Shown here: positions 25,134 through 34,576 of the stretch, one piece after another
Numbering within the stretch: position 1 is the first letter of the stretch
How the letters are laid out: the number at the start of each line of letters is the position of its first letter
DNA from: a virus
Direction: 5' to 3' (one strand)
Length of the DNA: 64,000 nt
IMG/VR virus record: IMGVR_UViG_3300027131_000001
Translations under genes and position numbers: made by a program
Notes under the pieces: model-generated
The model's database searches: none
What the model saw: only the letters and a program-made list of their open reading frames with translations
What the model was told of the DNA's origin: nothing

Positions 25134-25162
25134 ATTATATCAAGACCAACTTCTAATGTCAA
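25134..25162 (-). promoter_or_regulatory. Consensus sigma70 promoter
   Basis: TTGACA-N17-TATAAT. Confidence 0.85.
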
Positions 25163-25164
25163 CA

Positions 25165-25836
25165 TTAATCCCAAAGGTTTTGATAGTACTTGCCAAACAA
25201 TCGGAATCCATTCTTAATTCGGTCTTCGACAACTCTCATACCATCATAGTCACACTTATATGTATTGTTTGGTCCTTCAACCCATTGATACATCGTAGCC
25301 TTACCATTATCATCCCAGGCACATGCTACAGTTTTCATATCATGGTCACCTGAACGAAATGCATCTTGCCATGTGTGATCTTGGTGGGATTCAAATGCAA
25401 AAATCATCTCACCCATAACATATTCCCAACGCTTGAAATGATTATCATCAATATCATATTCATTCACTTTGGGAGGAGCAGAGGTTGTCTTGAATTCTTC
25501 AGGTACATCTTCATCATCAACAAATCCGGCACCGTGTGTATTTGCTTTTAACTGCTTCAACATAGGCAGAACAATCTTACCCAATGTTGAATCCATTGAC
25601 CACGTATCCCACTTATCGATCTTTACATAATCAATTTTAGGATGTACAAAGTCAAAGAACTTTGAAATAGCACCGCAGATCGGTGTCAAAAAATTAATCC
25701 ACTTTTCATACGGTGCATTTGGTTTATCAGTATGATTGTAGAATACATCCTTATCTTTTTCCCAAAAGCAGACTTTTTCAAGAATAGTATAAGGACTAAT
25801 CCAATGATCGCGATAATTGCTTATGTAAACTTTCAA
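25165..25836 (-). CDS. Conserved phage hypothetical protein
   Basis: IDKWDTWSMD.TL..I.LPML...GFRLFGKYYQNLWD. Confidence 0.8.
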   Translation of the reverse strand: MKVYISNYRDHWISPYTILEKVCFWEKDKDVFYNHTDKPNAPYEKWINFLTPICGAISKFFDFVHPKIDYVKIDKWDTWSMDSTLGKIVLPMLKQLKANTHGAGFVDDEDVPEEFKTTSAPPKVNEYDIDDNHFKRWEYVMGEMIFAFESHQDHTWQDAFRSGDHDMKTVACAWDDNGKATMYQWVEGPNNTYKCDYDGMRVVEDRIKNGFRLFGKYYQNLWD

Positions 25837-26294
25837 AACGATTCCTTAACTTCATCTACACGTGTAAAGAAGTTCTTAACTTTAACTTCATCTGGCCACG
25901 TTTTACAGTAATCATTATCTTTATCACACATCTCAAGAGCCTCGTCATATGTCACAACACGGTGACTAAAGATCTGTTCACCTAAATGTTCTTGACTAAA
26001 TTCTTTAGCTTCTTCCATTGTCACTGTATCAAGTGCCCATTCAGCCTTGCCTTTTGGCACCTCAACCATGTAACGCATACGGTATGTTGAAGTACACTCA
26101 ACCAATACCCATTCAGTTTCTTTGTGGTTCTCTACCTTGCGAATCTCCCAAGATCCATCACCACGATTAAACCACTCAATTGGATCACCTTCTTTAAGGT
26201 TGATCGCTTCAAGAATCTCATCATTCAAAGGAAGAATCATATCACCAGAGACAGGATCTTCTTCAACAGTAATTACCCAAGATGTTTTATTCAT
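25833..26294 (-). CDS. Hypothetical protein with AbrB-like N-terminus
   Basis: ILPL.DEILEAINLKEGD.IEW pattern. Confidence 0.65.
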   Translation of the reverse strand: MNKTSWVITVEEDPVSGDMILPLNDEILEAINLKEGDPIEWFNRGDGSWEIRKVENHKETEWVLVECTSTYRMRYMVEVPKGKAEWALDTVTMEEAKEFSQEHLGEQIFSHRVVTYDEALEMCDKDNDYCKTWPDEVKVKNFFTRVDEVKESF

Positions 26295-26313
26295 AATATA
26301 CTCCGTTTAAAAA

Positions 26314-26390
26314 TGGTGCGCTGAGAGGGATTTGAACCCCCGATCAACGGATTATGAGTCCGCTGCTTTAGACCGCTAAGCTACCAGCGC
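26314..26390 (-). tRNA. tRNA(CAT), Ile2 or Met
   Basis: Loop CTCATAA, TTCAA T-loop, CCA. Confidence 0.9.
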
Positions 26391-26396
26391 ATTGTA

Positions 26397-26600
26397 TTAG
26401 AACTGTTTTGAAAAGTCAACACCACGTAAAGCATGATGCTGAGAGCTCAAAGTTCTTAACATACTTATGTCAGTTTCAGACAATACACCTTGATCTTTGT
26501 ACATCATAGCGTCACGAAATACTTGTCCAAGCACTTTAGGCTTGTTCTTGAAAGCATGAACAGCTTTGATAAAGCAATCTCTGATGTGTGTGTTGTCCAT
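26397..26600 (-). CDS. Hypothetical protein (start MDNTH)
   Basis: GGAG SD; downstream of a promoter. Confidence 0.65.
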   Translation of the reverse strand: MDNTHIRDCFIKAVHAFKNKPKVLGQVFRDAMMYKDQGVLSETDISMLRTLSSQHHALRGVDFSKQF

Positions 26601-26620
26601 AATGTAATCTCCAAAAATGG

Positions 26621-26649
26621 ATTGTATCACATAGTTTTGGTCAAGTCAA
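26621..26649 (-). promoter_or_regulatory. Sigma70-type promoter
   Basis: TTGACT-N17-TACAAT. Confidence 0.7.
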
Positions 26650-26853
26650 CTTCTTTGGTGGTTTAGGAGGGAAGTCTGGAAAAGTATTCCATGGTTGTCT
26701 GAGTTCAGGTGCTATCAGTTCTGGTCCACCCTCATCAATCCATTGCTTCGATATCACTGTTTTAGGATTACCATCAACAATGACATAACGAAGTAGATAT
26801 TCAGTGTAATCGTAGGTGCCATCAGGCACCCATGCAAATTGTTTGAAAGCCAT
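26641..26853 (-). CDS. Hypothetical protein
   Basis: 70 aa coupled to the queD stop. Confidence 0.65.
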   Translation of the reverse strand: MAFKQFAWVPDGTYDYTEYLLRYVIVDGNPKTVISKQWIDEGGPELIAPELRQPWNTFPDFPPKPPKKLT

Positions 26854-27374
26854 TATGCAAACAAGTCCTCATTCCATTCGCGATGACCTTCTCTGAAAGC
26901 CATATTGCTTTGGGTTTCACGTACCTCTACTCTATAGCACCATAGACGTTCTGATTCACTTGGCCCCCACATATCTGGAATGTAGACACCATTAACATAC
27001 TTGTATAGCTGATCAGCAAGACCTTCACATCCTAACTTAGGAAGAATTGTTAGCTTAGCTAGCTTTCTTTCCTGTAACTGTAGATAGAAATTAAGTTCAG
27101 GATCATCTTCTGCTACTAACAACGTATGATCAAATTGACTCTCTAGTACATTCTTCAGTTCTTTTAAACCACCATAATCAGCAGCCCAATTACGAACATC
27201 AAGATTATCCGTACCAAAGTAAAACTTCATAGAGAAGCTGTACCCGTGAATCAAGTTACAGTGACTATCCGCTCTCCATTGTCTGTACGCACAAGGAAAC
27301 GCATCGTGATATTCCTTTGTACTCACATACTTGTATTGTCTTGCTGACATCCAACGACTTGTTGTTTCATTCAT
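26853..27374 (-). CDS. queD: 6-carboxy-5,6,7,8-tetrahydropterin synthase QueD
   Basis: HCNLIHGY, D.GGLK, FDHT, GCE, VRET. Confidence 0.88.
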   Translation of the reverse strand: MNETTSRWMSARQYKYVSTKEYHDAFPCAYRQWRADSHCNLIHGYSFSMKFYFGTDNLDVRNWAADYGGLKELKNVLESQFDHTLLVAEDDPELNFYLQLQERKLAKLTILPKLGCEGLADQLYKYVNGVYIPDMWGPSESERLWCYRVEVRETQSNMAFREGHREWNEDLFA

Positions 27375-27375
27375 A

Positions 27376-28230
27376 TCATGTTCCCCAGGCATTGCGCCAA
27401 ATATCAACTTGTAATCGTGGGCTATATTTCCAGCCCTTCTTCATTGCCATCTCAGCAACTTGCTTATAGTTGCTAAAGTATTTGACATCTGTTCCGCCAA
27501 CTGGCATCAAGTAGACATCACACTCTAATCCTAGTCCGTATTCTCTATATGCTTTGACAGCTCGTTCAACCTCTTCAATGTCTGTATCTTTATCGATCAC
27601 AAACTTGAGATACACTTGACCGTAGGTGTTGTATGTATTTACAACTTGCGGAAGGATTGCATCTTCCCAACTCTCACCAGAGGCACTCAGCTTTGCACTA
27701 ACAGAGAATGTAAACTCTGTATCACCCATACCGTACTTGTTACTGTAGTTAAATAGAAACTTCTTAAATTCATCTGTTATCTTCTGAGTACCGTTTGTCT
27801 CGAAAGTAACATACTTTAAGTTCTTCATACTTTCATGAGTCAGTAACTCCGGAAAAGCACGTTGCCATCCAAGCAATGGCTCACCACCTGTAATCACAAG
27901 ATGTTCTTTGTTCCACTTCTTCTCTGGAAGCATGTCAACAATCTTTTCTGCAATATCACCAGTTGTCATTAATGGAGATAGGTGTTTGAATCTAACATCC
28001 CAGCTTGCATATGAATCACATCCAGTATGTACAAGAGGTAAGTCATCATACTTCCTGTATTGTTCAGGTTGAATCTTGAACCGTTCATTTGACATCTCAT
28101 CCTTTGGCATACCAAACCCACCACAGGTAAAGTTACAACCAAAAGTACGCAAGAATACACTAGGTGTACCTACATACTTTCCCTCACCCTGCAAACTGTA
28201 GAACAGTTCTGCTATTTTAATTTTCTGCAT
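27376..28230 (-). CDS. queE: 7-carboxy-7-deazaguanine synthase QueE (radical SAM)
   Basis: ELFYSLQGEG...FLRTFGCNFTC...GCDS, ITGGEPL, ETNGT, PRLQV. Confidence 0.93.
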   Translation of the reverse strand: MQKIKIAELFYSLQGEGKYVGTPSVFLRTFGCNFTCGGFGMPKDEMSNERFKIQPEQYRKYDDLPLVHTGCDSYASWDVRFKHLSPLMTTGDIAEKIVDMLPEKKWNKEHLVITGGEPLLGWQRAFPELLTHESMKNLKYVTFETNGTQKITDEFKKFLFNYSNKYGMGDTEFTFSVSAKLSASGESWEDAILPQVVNTYNTYGQVYLKFVIDKDTDIEEVERAVKAYREYGLGLECDVYLMPVGGTDVKYFSNYKQVAEMAMKKGWKYSPRLQVDIWRNAWGT

Positions 28231-28735
28231 ATTCTGGTACCTTATATTCACGTTTGTATTTCTTACGCTGTCTCATTGCTTGATCATAATGAAACTTGTT
28301 AGCCTTTGATGTATAGATTATACCATCAAGATGATCCATCTCATGCTGTACACATCTCGCTGAGATTCCTGTAAACTTATCTGTATGAGCCTCGCCATGT
28401 GAATCCATATAACGAATACGAATCAGCTTAGGACGCTTCACTTTAACGAATAAATTAGGATAAGTCAAGCATCCTTCTTCTAAAAGAATCTCTTCCGTCG
28501 ATACATCAGCAATAACAGGGTTGAACATAACCTTTGTTGGATTCGACCACAGGACAAATACACGGTAAGGTAGTCCACATTGGTTTGCAGAAAGCCCCAA
28601 CCCTTTATAGTGAATCATTGTCTCAATTAGGTTGTTAGCTAACTCATGAGGGTTAGTTGGTTGTTTGTTGAAGTCAAATCTCTCCAACTTTGTCCTCAAT
28701 AAAGGATGATCAGGTTTAACTAAGTCTAGTACCAT
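28217..28735 (-). CDS. def: Peptide deformylase (start MVLDL)
   Basis: GLGLSANQCG, EGCLT, QHEMDHLDG. Confidence 0.95.
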   Translation of the reverse strand: MVLDLVKPDHPLLRTKLERFDFNKQPTNPHELANNLIETMIHYKGLGLSANQCGLPYRVFVLWSNPTKVMFNPVIADVSTEEILLEEGCLTYPNLFVKVKRPKLIRIRYMDSHGEAHTDKFTGISARCVQHEMDHLDGIIYTSKANKFHYDQAMRQRKKYKREYKVPEYAEN

Positions 28736-28742
28736 AATATGT

Positions 28743-28937
28743 TTATTCCTTCCAGGTTTTTCCGCACGATACACATCTCTTTACATTCTCTTCAAGCATC
28801 GGTATGTCAGATGATAAAATAGTTCGTTCAGAGCTCTGTATACGAATATCACAATCGTCTCTTATGCACTTAGGACCACCATCAACATATTCAGCTAATA
28901 ATGTTTTTACAGGTTTACCAGATTCGAATTGGCTCAT
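28743..28937 (-). CDS. Small Cys-containing hypothetical protein
   Basis: C..DC and CVSC; coupled to the gp46 stop. Confidence 0.55.
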   Translation of the reverse strand: MSQFESGKPVKTLLAEYVDGGPKCIRDDCDIRIQSSERTILSSDIPMLEENVKRCVSCGKTWKE

Positions 28938-30649
28938 TTTGATATCCTTGAAAAGTTTTTATGTTTCTCGAATTTGATCAGAGAATGAAACTTATCAAAC
29001 AACTGATCACCTTTGTGACTTATGATAAACAAATTAGTATCAGCCGTAAGTGTACTGATAATTTTAAGGAACTCCTCTGTTCCGTTATTGTCAAGTGAGC
29101 TGTCAAACACTTCGTCCATAATCAAAAGGTTGGTAGAAGCAGAGTTGCGCAGTTTACTAATTGCTCTCCAAGTGAAAAGAAGTGCTAAGTCAATACGCAT
29201 CTTCTCACCTTCGCTAAATGACTCGTAACTAAAGTCATCTCTATGTCTAGACTTAATTGTTTCTTCAAAGTTCTCGTTCAATTCGAATGCAACAAAGAAG
29301 TCCATTGCAGCAAGATACTTGTTAACAAGTTTGTTTATTACAGGTATATATTGCTTGATAATCTTAGTCTTGACACCAGAGTCTTTGAGAAGAACAGACG
29401 CAACATCAAGTACTGCTTTCTCTTTTGTAAGATCTTCTTTTGATTGCAATGCTGCTCTTAGTTGCTCTTTAAGAACCTTTAACTCTTCAGTATTAGTATC
29501 AATCTGTTTGTTGTTTGTCTTTAGGTTAGTAATCTCTGTTTGAATACCAGTAGCCATTGACATCCATATTTTAATCTGAATGTTGCCATCTGTTACCCTT
29601 CTATTAAGAGTGGATATTTGAGTATTGATATTGGCAATCTCTGTCAATCTATTTTCAATTGCTTCTATCTCAACCAACATCTTTTGTTTGCCTTCTTCTA
29701 TCTCAGCAACTTGTTTATGATTCTTTTCAACAATCTCACTTTTGTGTTGATGAGCAATTCCCTGACGGCAAGTAGGACAATCATCACTCTCGTAGAAAAA
29801 GTCAAGTTCTTTTTTGATCTTGTCTAGCTTGCTGTCTAATTGTCTATTTAATAATGCAAACTTATTTGACTTAGAGATAACTTTGTTATGATCGTCAATA
29901 CTTTTACTGAGTAGATCTATCTGGCCCTGCAGGGTAGTTGCAAATTCATTAGCAGAATTAACTTGACTATTGAGCTCATCTAATTGTACTTGCTTTTGCT
30001 CAACAATCTGATCATTATTCTGCTTCAACGACTCGATATGCTTCTTGTACAATTCAATCTTCTCAGCGGATCCTTTGATCTCATAATCAACCTGATAAAG
30101 AGAAGTTCTGTTAATGGTAATCTTGTCTTTTAGCAACGAATTCATTGTAGAAAAGATTTGAATGTCTAATAGGTCTTCAATAATCTCTCTACGGTGCGAT
30201 GCAGGTAGCTGCATGAACGGAGTGAAAGAAGCACTACCGAGAATAACAATCTGCTGAAACGATTTAAAGTTCAGCTTAAGAACATTACTCTCCAAGTACT
30301 CCTGATACTCTCTTGCTTCGGAATTCTGATTGATGATGTTACCATCTTGCAGTATCTCAAATACAGACGGCTTATGACCTCGTCTAATCAGGTACTGTCT
30401 ATTACCAATCTTAAACTCCAACTCAACCAACATACCTTTTCTGTTAATTGAGTTTACTAGCTGTGGCTTATTGATCTTGCGGAATGGCTTACCGAATAGA
30501 CCAAAGCAAACAGCATCAAGAATGGTGCTCTTTCCAGCACCATTCTCTCCCACTATTAAAGTAGACTTGGACTTTATAAAGTTTATCTCAGTCCATACAT
30601 CTCCAGTAGATAGAAGATTCTTCCATCTTACTTTTTGAAACAATATCAT
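28934..30649 (-). CDS. gp46: Recombination endonuclease ATPase subunit (Rad50-like)
   Basis: GENGAGKST, CPTC hook, FSEGEK, LIMDEVFD. Confidence 0.97.
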   Translation of the reverse strand: MILFQKVRWKNLLSTGDVWTEINFIKSKSTLIVGENGAGKSTILDAVCFGLFGKPFRKINKPQLVNSINRKGMLVELEFKIGNRQYLIRRGHKPSVFEILQDGNIINQNSEAREYQEYLESNVLKLNFKSFQQIVILGSASFTPFMQLPASHRREIIEDLLDIQIFSTMNSLLKDKITINRTSLYQVDYEIKGSAEKIELYKKHIESLKQNNDQIVEQKQVQLDELNSQVNSANEFATTLQGQIDLLSKSIDDHNKVISKSNKFALLNRQLDSKLDKIKKELDFFYESDDCPTCRQGIAHQHKSEIVEKNHKQVAEIEEGKQKMLVEIEAIENRLTEIANINTQISTLNRRVTDGNIQIKIWMSMATGIQTEITNLKTNNKQIDTNTEELKVLKEQLRAALQSKEDLTKEKAVLDVASVLLKDSGVKTKIIKQYIPVINKLVNKYLAAMDFFVAFELNENFEETIKSRHRDDFSYESFSEGEKMRIDLALLFTWRAISKLRNSASTNLLIMDEVFDSSLDNNGTEEFLKIISTLTADTNLFIISHKGDQLFDKFHSLIKFEKHKNFSRISK

Positions 30650-30650
30650 A

Positions 30651-31706
30651 TTATGTTGATTCTAAATTGATCGCCTCATTATACAGATCTCTTAACAATA
30701 AGTCAAGCATTTTCTTATCAGCCTTGGTATCGATCTGTGCACAGAACTTAGAAAGAAGAGTCATTGTATCCTCCGCACTCTCCAATATATCATCATTATC
30801 TTCAAGGTCCATGTGAAGATGGTCTTCAACTACTTGTAGATCTGCAGGACCAGCTTTCTCCAATCTATCAATCAGCATATCAAAGTTAGCTTGGTTCTCT
30901 TTGGTTTGAACAATTACTTTAACAAAGCAATCTTTTAAGTATTGATATTCGTATGCTTCAGCTTGGAACTGATCGTTAAAGAATATCTTATAGAACATCT
31001 TGTTAGGATTTTCTATGAATTCCAGCTCCCTAGTTTCCGTATCGAAGATGTGAAACCCTCTCGGATCTTGGTAATCAGCCCAGGTAAGCTCGTAAGGGTT
31101 TCCAAGATAATGAATATTCCCATTATTTGAACGATGGTGAAAATGCCCAGAACAAACAAGGTCAAACCTGTTGAATATCTTTGAATCAAATCCATGATCA
31201 TTTACTTGCCCCTTATACATTTGAAAACCAGCTAGCTCTAGATGACCAAAGCAAACAGTTGCGCTTGTATCTTTGATTATCGCCATTGAATCTTCGTAGT
31301 TGTCAGTACAGATCCAAGGAAGGATCAGTATATCAAGACCAGCATATGTCAACTCTACCGGTCTATCATATCCAGATATATTATCATACTGTTGCAGTAA
31401 CAATCCTGGTGAGTTGATGTCGTTAGTGTTTTTGTAAAACACATCATGGTTACCAATGATTACATCTAGCTTAATACCAAGATCAAACATAGGATCAAAG
31501 AAGTATTTACGGCAATTACGCAGCGTTAAGTAGTTTATATACTTGCGCCTGTCGAACATATCCCCAAGATGGATTACGTTCCTTATACCGCGTTCTACCA
31601 GTGTAGGAAAGAAGGTTTCTGTGTAGAATTTATCAAACTGTTTATCAAATGCTAAATGATCCCCTCTTGCCCCGAAGTGGGTATCTGTCACCAATGCAAT
31701 CTTCAT
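30651..31706 (-). CDS. gp47: Recombination endonuclease subunit (Mre11-like)
   Basis: TDTHFG, LGDMFD, GNHD, SGHFH. Confidence 0.97.
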   Translation of the reverse strand: MKIALVTDTHFGARGDHLAFDKQFDKFYTETFFPTLVERGIRNVIHLGDMFDRRKYINYLTLRNCRKYFFDPMFDLGIKLDVIIGNHDVFYKNTNDINSPGLLLQQYDNISGYDRPVELTYAGLDILILPWICTDNYEDSMAIIKDTSATVCFGHLELAGFQMYKGQVNDHGFDSKIFNRFDLVCSGHFHHRSNNGNIHYLGNPYELTWADYQDPRGFHIFDTETRELEFIENPNKMFYKIFFNDQFQAEAYEYQYLKDCFVKVIVQTKENQANFDMLIDRLEKAGPADLQVVEDHLHMDLEDNDDILESAEDTMTLLSKFCAQIDTKADKKMLDLLLRDLYNEAINLEST

Positions 31707-31707
31707 G

Positions 31708-32247
31708 TTACTCCTCTACGAAGTTCTCAATACCGACCTTTTGTGCTGGCTTACGTTTCTTTTCTAATCCTAATTCAAACGCTTTCACAAAGTCATCCAT
31801 CTTTTCTGTATCCATCATATTGTTAACTGGCGAGCCACCAAAGTCATCACCCTCTTGTACATCGTACAGCTCATCCGTAATAGCAAAATTCCTAAACACC
31901 TGGTGCTTGATATACAGATGTTTCTTTTCTTTTTGTATTCGTCTTAGAAAGGCAAAGTAGATAATCTGTGTGAAGTAGGCAAATGGATTAGTTGATTTCT
32001 CAGGATCAAAATTATCAATATACATGATACAGTTCTCAACACCGTCCGATATCATCTCATCTTTGTAAGAGTAGTTGATAAAGTTAGGTTTAGTTGCCAA
32101 CCTGTTAGCAATCATTAGGATACAGCTACCAATATAGTTTGGAATGATTGGCTTTGGCCTTCCTTCTTCTGCTGCTAGCTTAATATTCTCTCTGTGCTTT
32201 TTGATAGCTTCGAAGAACGTCTTATTGTCAATGTAGTGTTGAGCCAT
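31708..32247 (-). CDS. gp55: Late transcription sigma factor
   Basis: HYIDNK, PNFINYSYKDEMISDG, NPFAYFTQI. Confidence 0.96.
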   Translation of the reverse strand: MAQHYIDNKTFFEAIKKHRENIKLAAEEGRPKPIIPNYIGSCILMIANRLATKPNFINYSYKDEMISDGVENCIMYIDNFDPEKSTNPFAYFTQIIYFAFLRRIQKEKKHLYIKHQVFRNFAITDELYDVQEGDDFGGSPVNNMMDTEKMDDFVKAFELGLEKKRKPAQKVGIENFVEE

Positions 32248-32248
32248 A

Positions 32249-32656
32249 TCAGTGCATCTTATCGTTAGTGAAATTACTAAGGAGTGACGCCATTAATTCA
32301 GCTGGTGTCATCTCCGCTTGCTCTTCTATTGACTGCTCTTCAGCAGCAACTTGTTCGAGTTCTTGGTCAATGTTATCATCGACATATTTGATATGGTTTG
32401 TCATAACATGGCTGTAGTAACCAGCCATTGATTCTCTTGCTTCTACCGAGTTAATTATATCTCTGCTTTTAAAGGATAACTCTCTACTTTTAGCAAAAGG
32501 CATGTAGCGTAACAATCCAATGATTGGCTTGTCTGTTCTTTGAGACATCATGTAGTGGATAGAAAAAGGTTGGTTGATCACTATGTGTTCGGATGACTCT
32601 GCAACTACTTCACCAATAATTTCATGATCATTAACGAGCTTTATTATTTTTATCAT
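32249..32656 (-). CDS. Conserved T4-like hypothetical protein (Sm-like)
   Basis: IIKLVNDHEIIG; position between uvsW and gp55. Confidence 0.7.
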   Translation of the reverse strand: MIKIIKLVNDHEIIGEVVAESSEHIVINQPFSIHYMMSQRTDKPIIGLLRYMPFAKSRELSFKSRDIINSVEARESMAGYYSHVMTNHIKYVDDNIDQELEQVAAEEQSIEEQAEMTPAELMASLLSNFTNDKMH

Positions 32657-32658
32657 CT

Positions 32659-34095
32659 TTATCCTTTGAGTGGGATTACGTACGTCTTATACTCAAACTT
32701 CTCTTCATTATATATTTTAATTCGCTCAACAAAATGATTTAGTGTATGATTCCTACTTTGCTTCCATTGCAAGTCGTCAGCTATATCGTATAGACATGCT
32801 TTCTCTTTATTGTTCCCGAGTCTAAGTCCCCGGCCGATTGATTGGAGATTCCTGACCCTTGATTTTGAAGGTGAAGCGAAAATGATATTGTGCAAGTTCT
32901 TAATATTGACGCCAGTAGAAAAAGTACCATAAGAAGCGACAATAATCGAATCAACTTCCAGCTCCACAGATCTTCTAATATCATCTCTATCCGCACCATT
33001 AACCGTACCAGAGACGAAGTAAATCTGTCTACCATCTGCTTTATTTTTAATCTCATCATATATTGCCTTACCGTGTTTGTCAACATACTGATACAAAACT
33101 AACGTGTTACCCTTCAACGATATCGCCAGGTTGCATATGAACTTGTTTCTCGGAAGATGATTGACAAGGAAATTCATCTCATCCGGATATGTAGCTTTCT
33201 TCATCAACTGTCTTGTTTCTTGATCATAGTCAAGTATTACAGCTTTAATTTTGAACTCTGAGAGGTGCTTCTGTTCAATCAATTCAGATGTTGTTGTTAC
33301 CTTTTTAACTGTTCCGAATAATCCTTCTAGCACTAGCTTATGGGTTTGTGATCCATCTAATGTACCAGTAAATCCAAAGCGGTATTTGCAACTGCTCAGA
33401 CTCTTCATTATAGTTGAAAGGGAGTTTGCTTTGAACAGGTGAGCCTCGTCTCCTATTACACAATCAAACTGATCAAACCACTTCTTGGGTTGCTTGTATA
33501 TTGATTGCCAAGTTGATATGAATATTTGCTTGTCTTCATCCTTTTCTTGACCAGAGAAGATCATATGGCAGTTTTGTTTTGAATCGAATCCGTACTCTTC
33601 AAAGTCAGAATACATTTGATGAACAAGCGAGGTTGTAGGTACAATCAACAAAGTCTTTACATTATAGTATCTGCAAAGCATGTAGATAATTAATGACTTA
33701 CCAGACGCTGTTGGTGATAAAAGCAATGATCTTCTTTTTCTTATTGCATGGGCAAATGCAGCAAGCTGATAATCACGTGGCTCTTTGGTGAGGTTGAAGC
33801 TGGAAACAATATCGGAAACGGTATCAATTACATCATCAGAGAAGTCTGTTAACCTCTCACACTGGTATGTGTTTTGCTTTGCAAAGTCTTCAACATATTC
33901 AATCAGTCCAGCATATATGTGATGGGTGCCAGAGTTGAATAGTCTTATCTTACCATCCCACTTCTTTTTTCTTACAGACGGAATAAAACGAGCACCAGGT
34001 ACTTCAAAAGTAAAGTAATCACTAAGCTCTCTTGCAATATCATCACTGCAATGAATCTTATTGTACGTCTCGTTAAACTTTTCTATCTGTATCAT
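32659..34095 (-). CDS. uvsW: DNA helicase UvsW
   Basis: PTASGKS, DEAH, TGT, QSIGRGLR. Confidence 0.96.
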   Translation of the reverse strand: MIQIEKFNETYNKIHCSDDIARELSDYFTFEVPGARFIPSVRKKKWDGKIRLFNSGTHHIYAGLIEYVEDFAKQNTYQCERLTDFSDDVIDTVSDIVSSFNLTKEPRDYQLAAFAHAIRKRRSLLLSPTASGKSLIIYMLCRYYNVKTLLIVPTTSLVHQMYSDFEEYGFDSKQNCHMIFSGQEKDEDKQIFISTWQSIYKQPKKWFDQFDCVIGDEAHLFKANSLSTIMKSLSSCKYRFGFTGTLDGSQTHKLVLEGLFGTVKKVTTTSELIEQKHLSEFKIKAVILDYDQETRQLMKKATYPDEMNFLVNHLPRNKFICNLAISLKGNTLVLYQYVDKHGKAIYDEIKNKADGRQIYFVSGTVNGADRDDIRRSVELEVDSIIVASYGTFSTGVNIKNLHNIIFASPSKSRVRNLQSIGRGLRLGNNKEKACLYDIADDLQWKQSRNHTLNHFVERIKIYNEEKFEYKTYVIPLKG

Positions 34096-34526
34096 AGACC
34101 CATCTTAAACCGTTCCCATTCAATCGCATTTTTTATTAAATATCCACGATTGTTGAGTGTTTTTATTATGTTCTCAAGAATTTCTATCTTATCTTCCGTT
34201 AACTGTATCTTATTTTTAATTAACTGAAGATCTTCATCTGACTCAATGTATACAGGAATATCTGCTTTCAAAATCTTTAATGGCTGGATGTCCCATCCAT
34301 GCTCTTCTTGTTCTTCTTTTGAAAGAATACCCTGATAGTATTGATATTTTAATCTGTACGTGTTTTTATAATCTTGATTGAGTTTTACATATGTTGTCTT
34401 AGCCATGTAGAACTCTTTCAGGTATTTGGAGTGAAGTTGAGGAATCCGCAAAGACTCTTTACCGAGCTCGGTCTTATCAATCTCGCTATCTGTTTCCCAT
34501 GCTGTAATAATTTCATCGGTCTTCAT
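34092..34526 (-). CDS. uvsY: Recombination mediator UvsY
   Basis: W..DS.ID...IPQLHSKYL...IKNAIEW. Confidence 0.88.
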   Translation of the reverse strand: MKTDEIITAWETDSEIDKTELGKESLRIPQLHSKYLKEFYMAKTTYVKLNQDYKNTYRLKYQYYQGILSKEEQEEHGWDIQPLKILKADIPVYIESDEDLQLIKNKIQLTEDKIEILENIIKTLNNRGYLIKNAIEWERFKMGL

Positions 34527-34576
34527 TTGTCCTCCTGCAGGACACAATTGTCTTACATATTATTATAAAAGTCAAC

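Noticed and set aside
15104-26390. CRISPR array or tmRNA in the repetitive region
   Set aside because: Recurring motifs are tRNA T-arms and CCA ends. No constant repeat-spacer periodicity and no tmRNA tag frame were seen.
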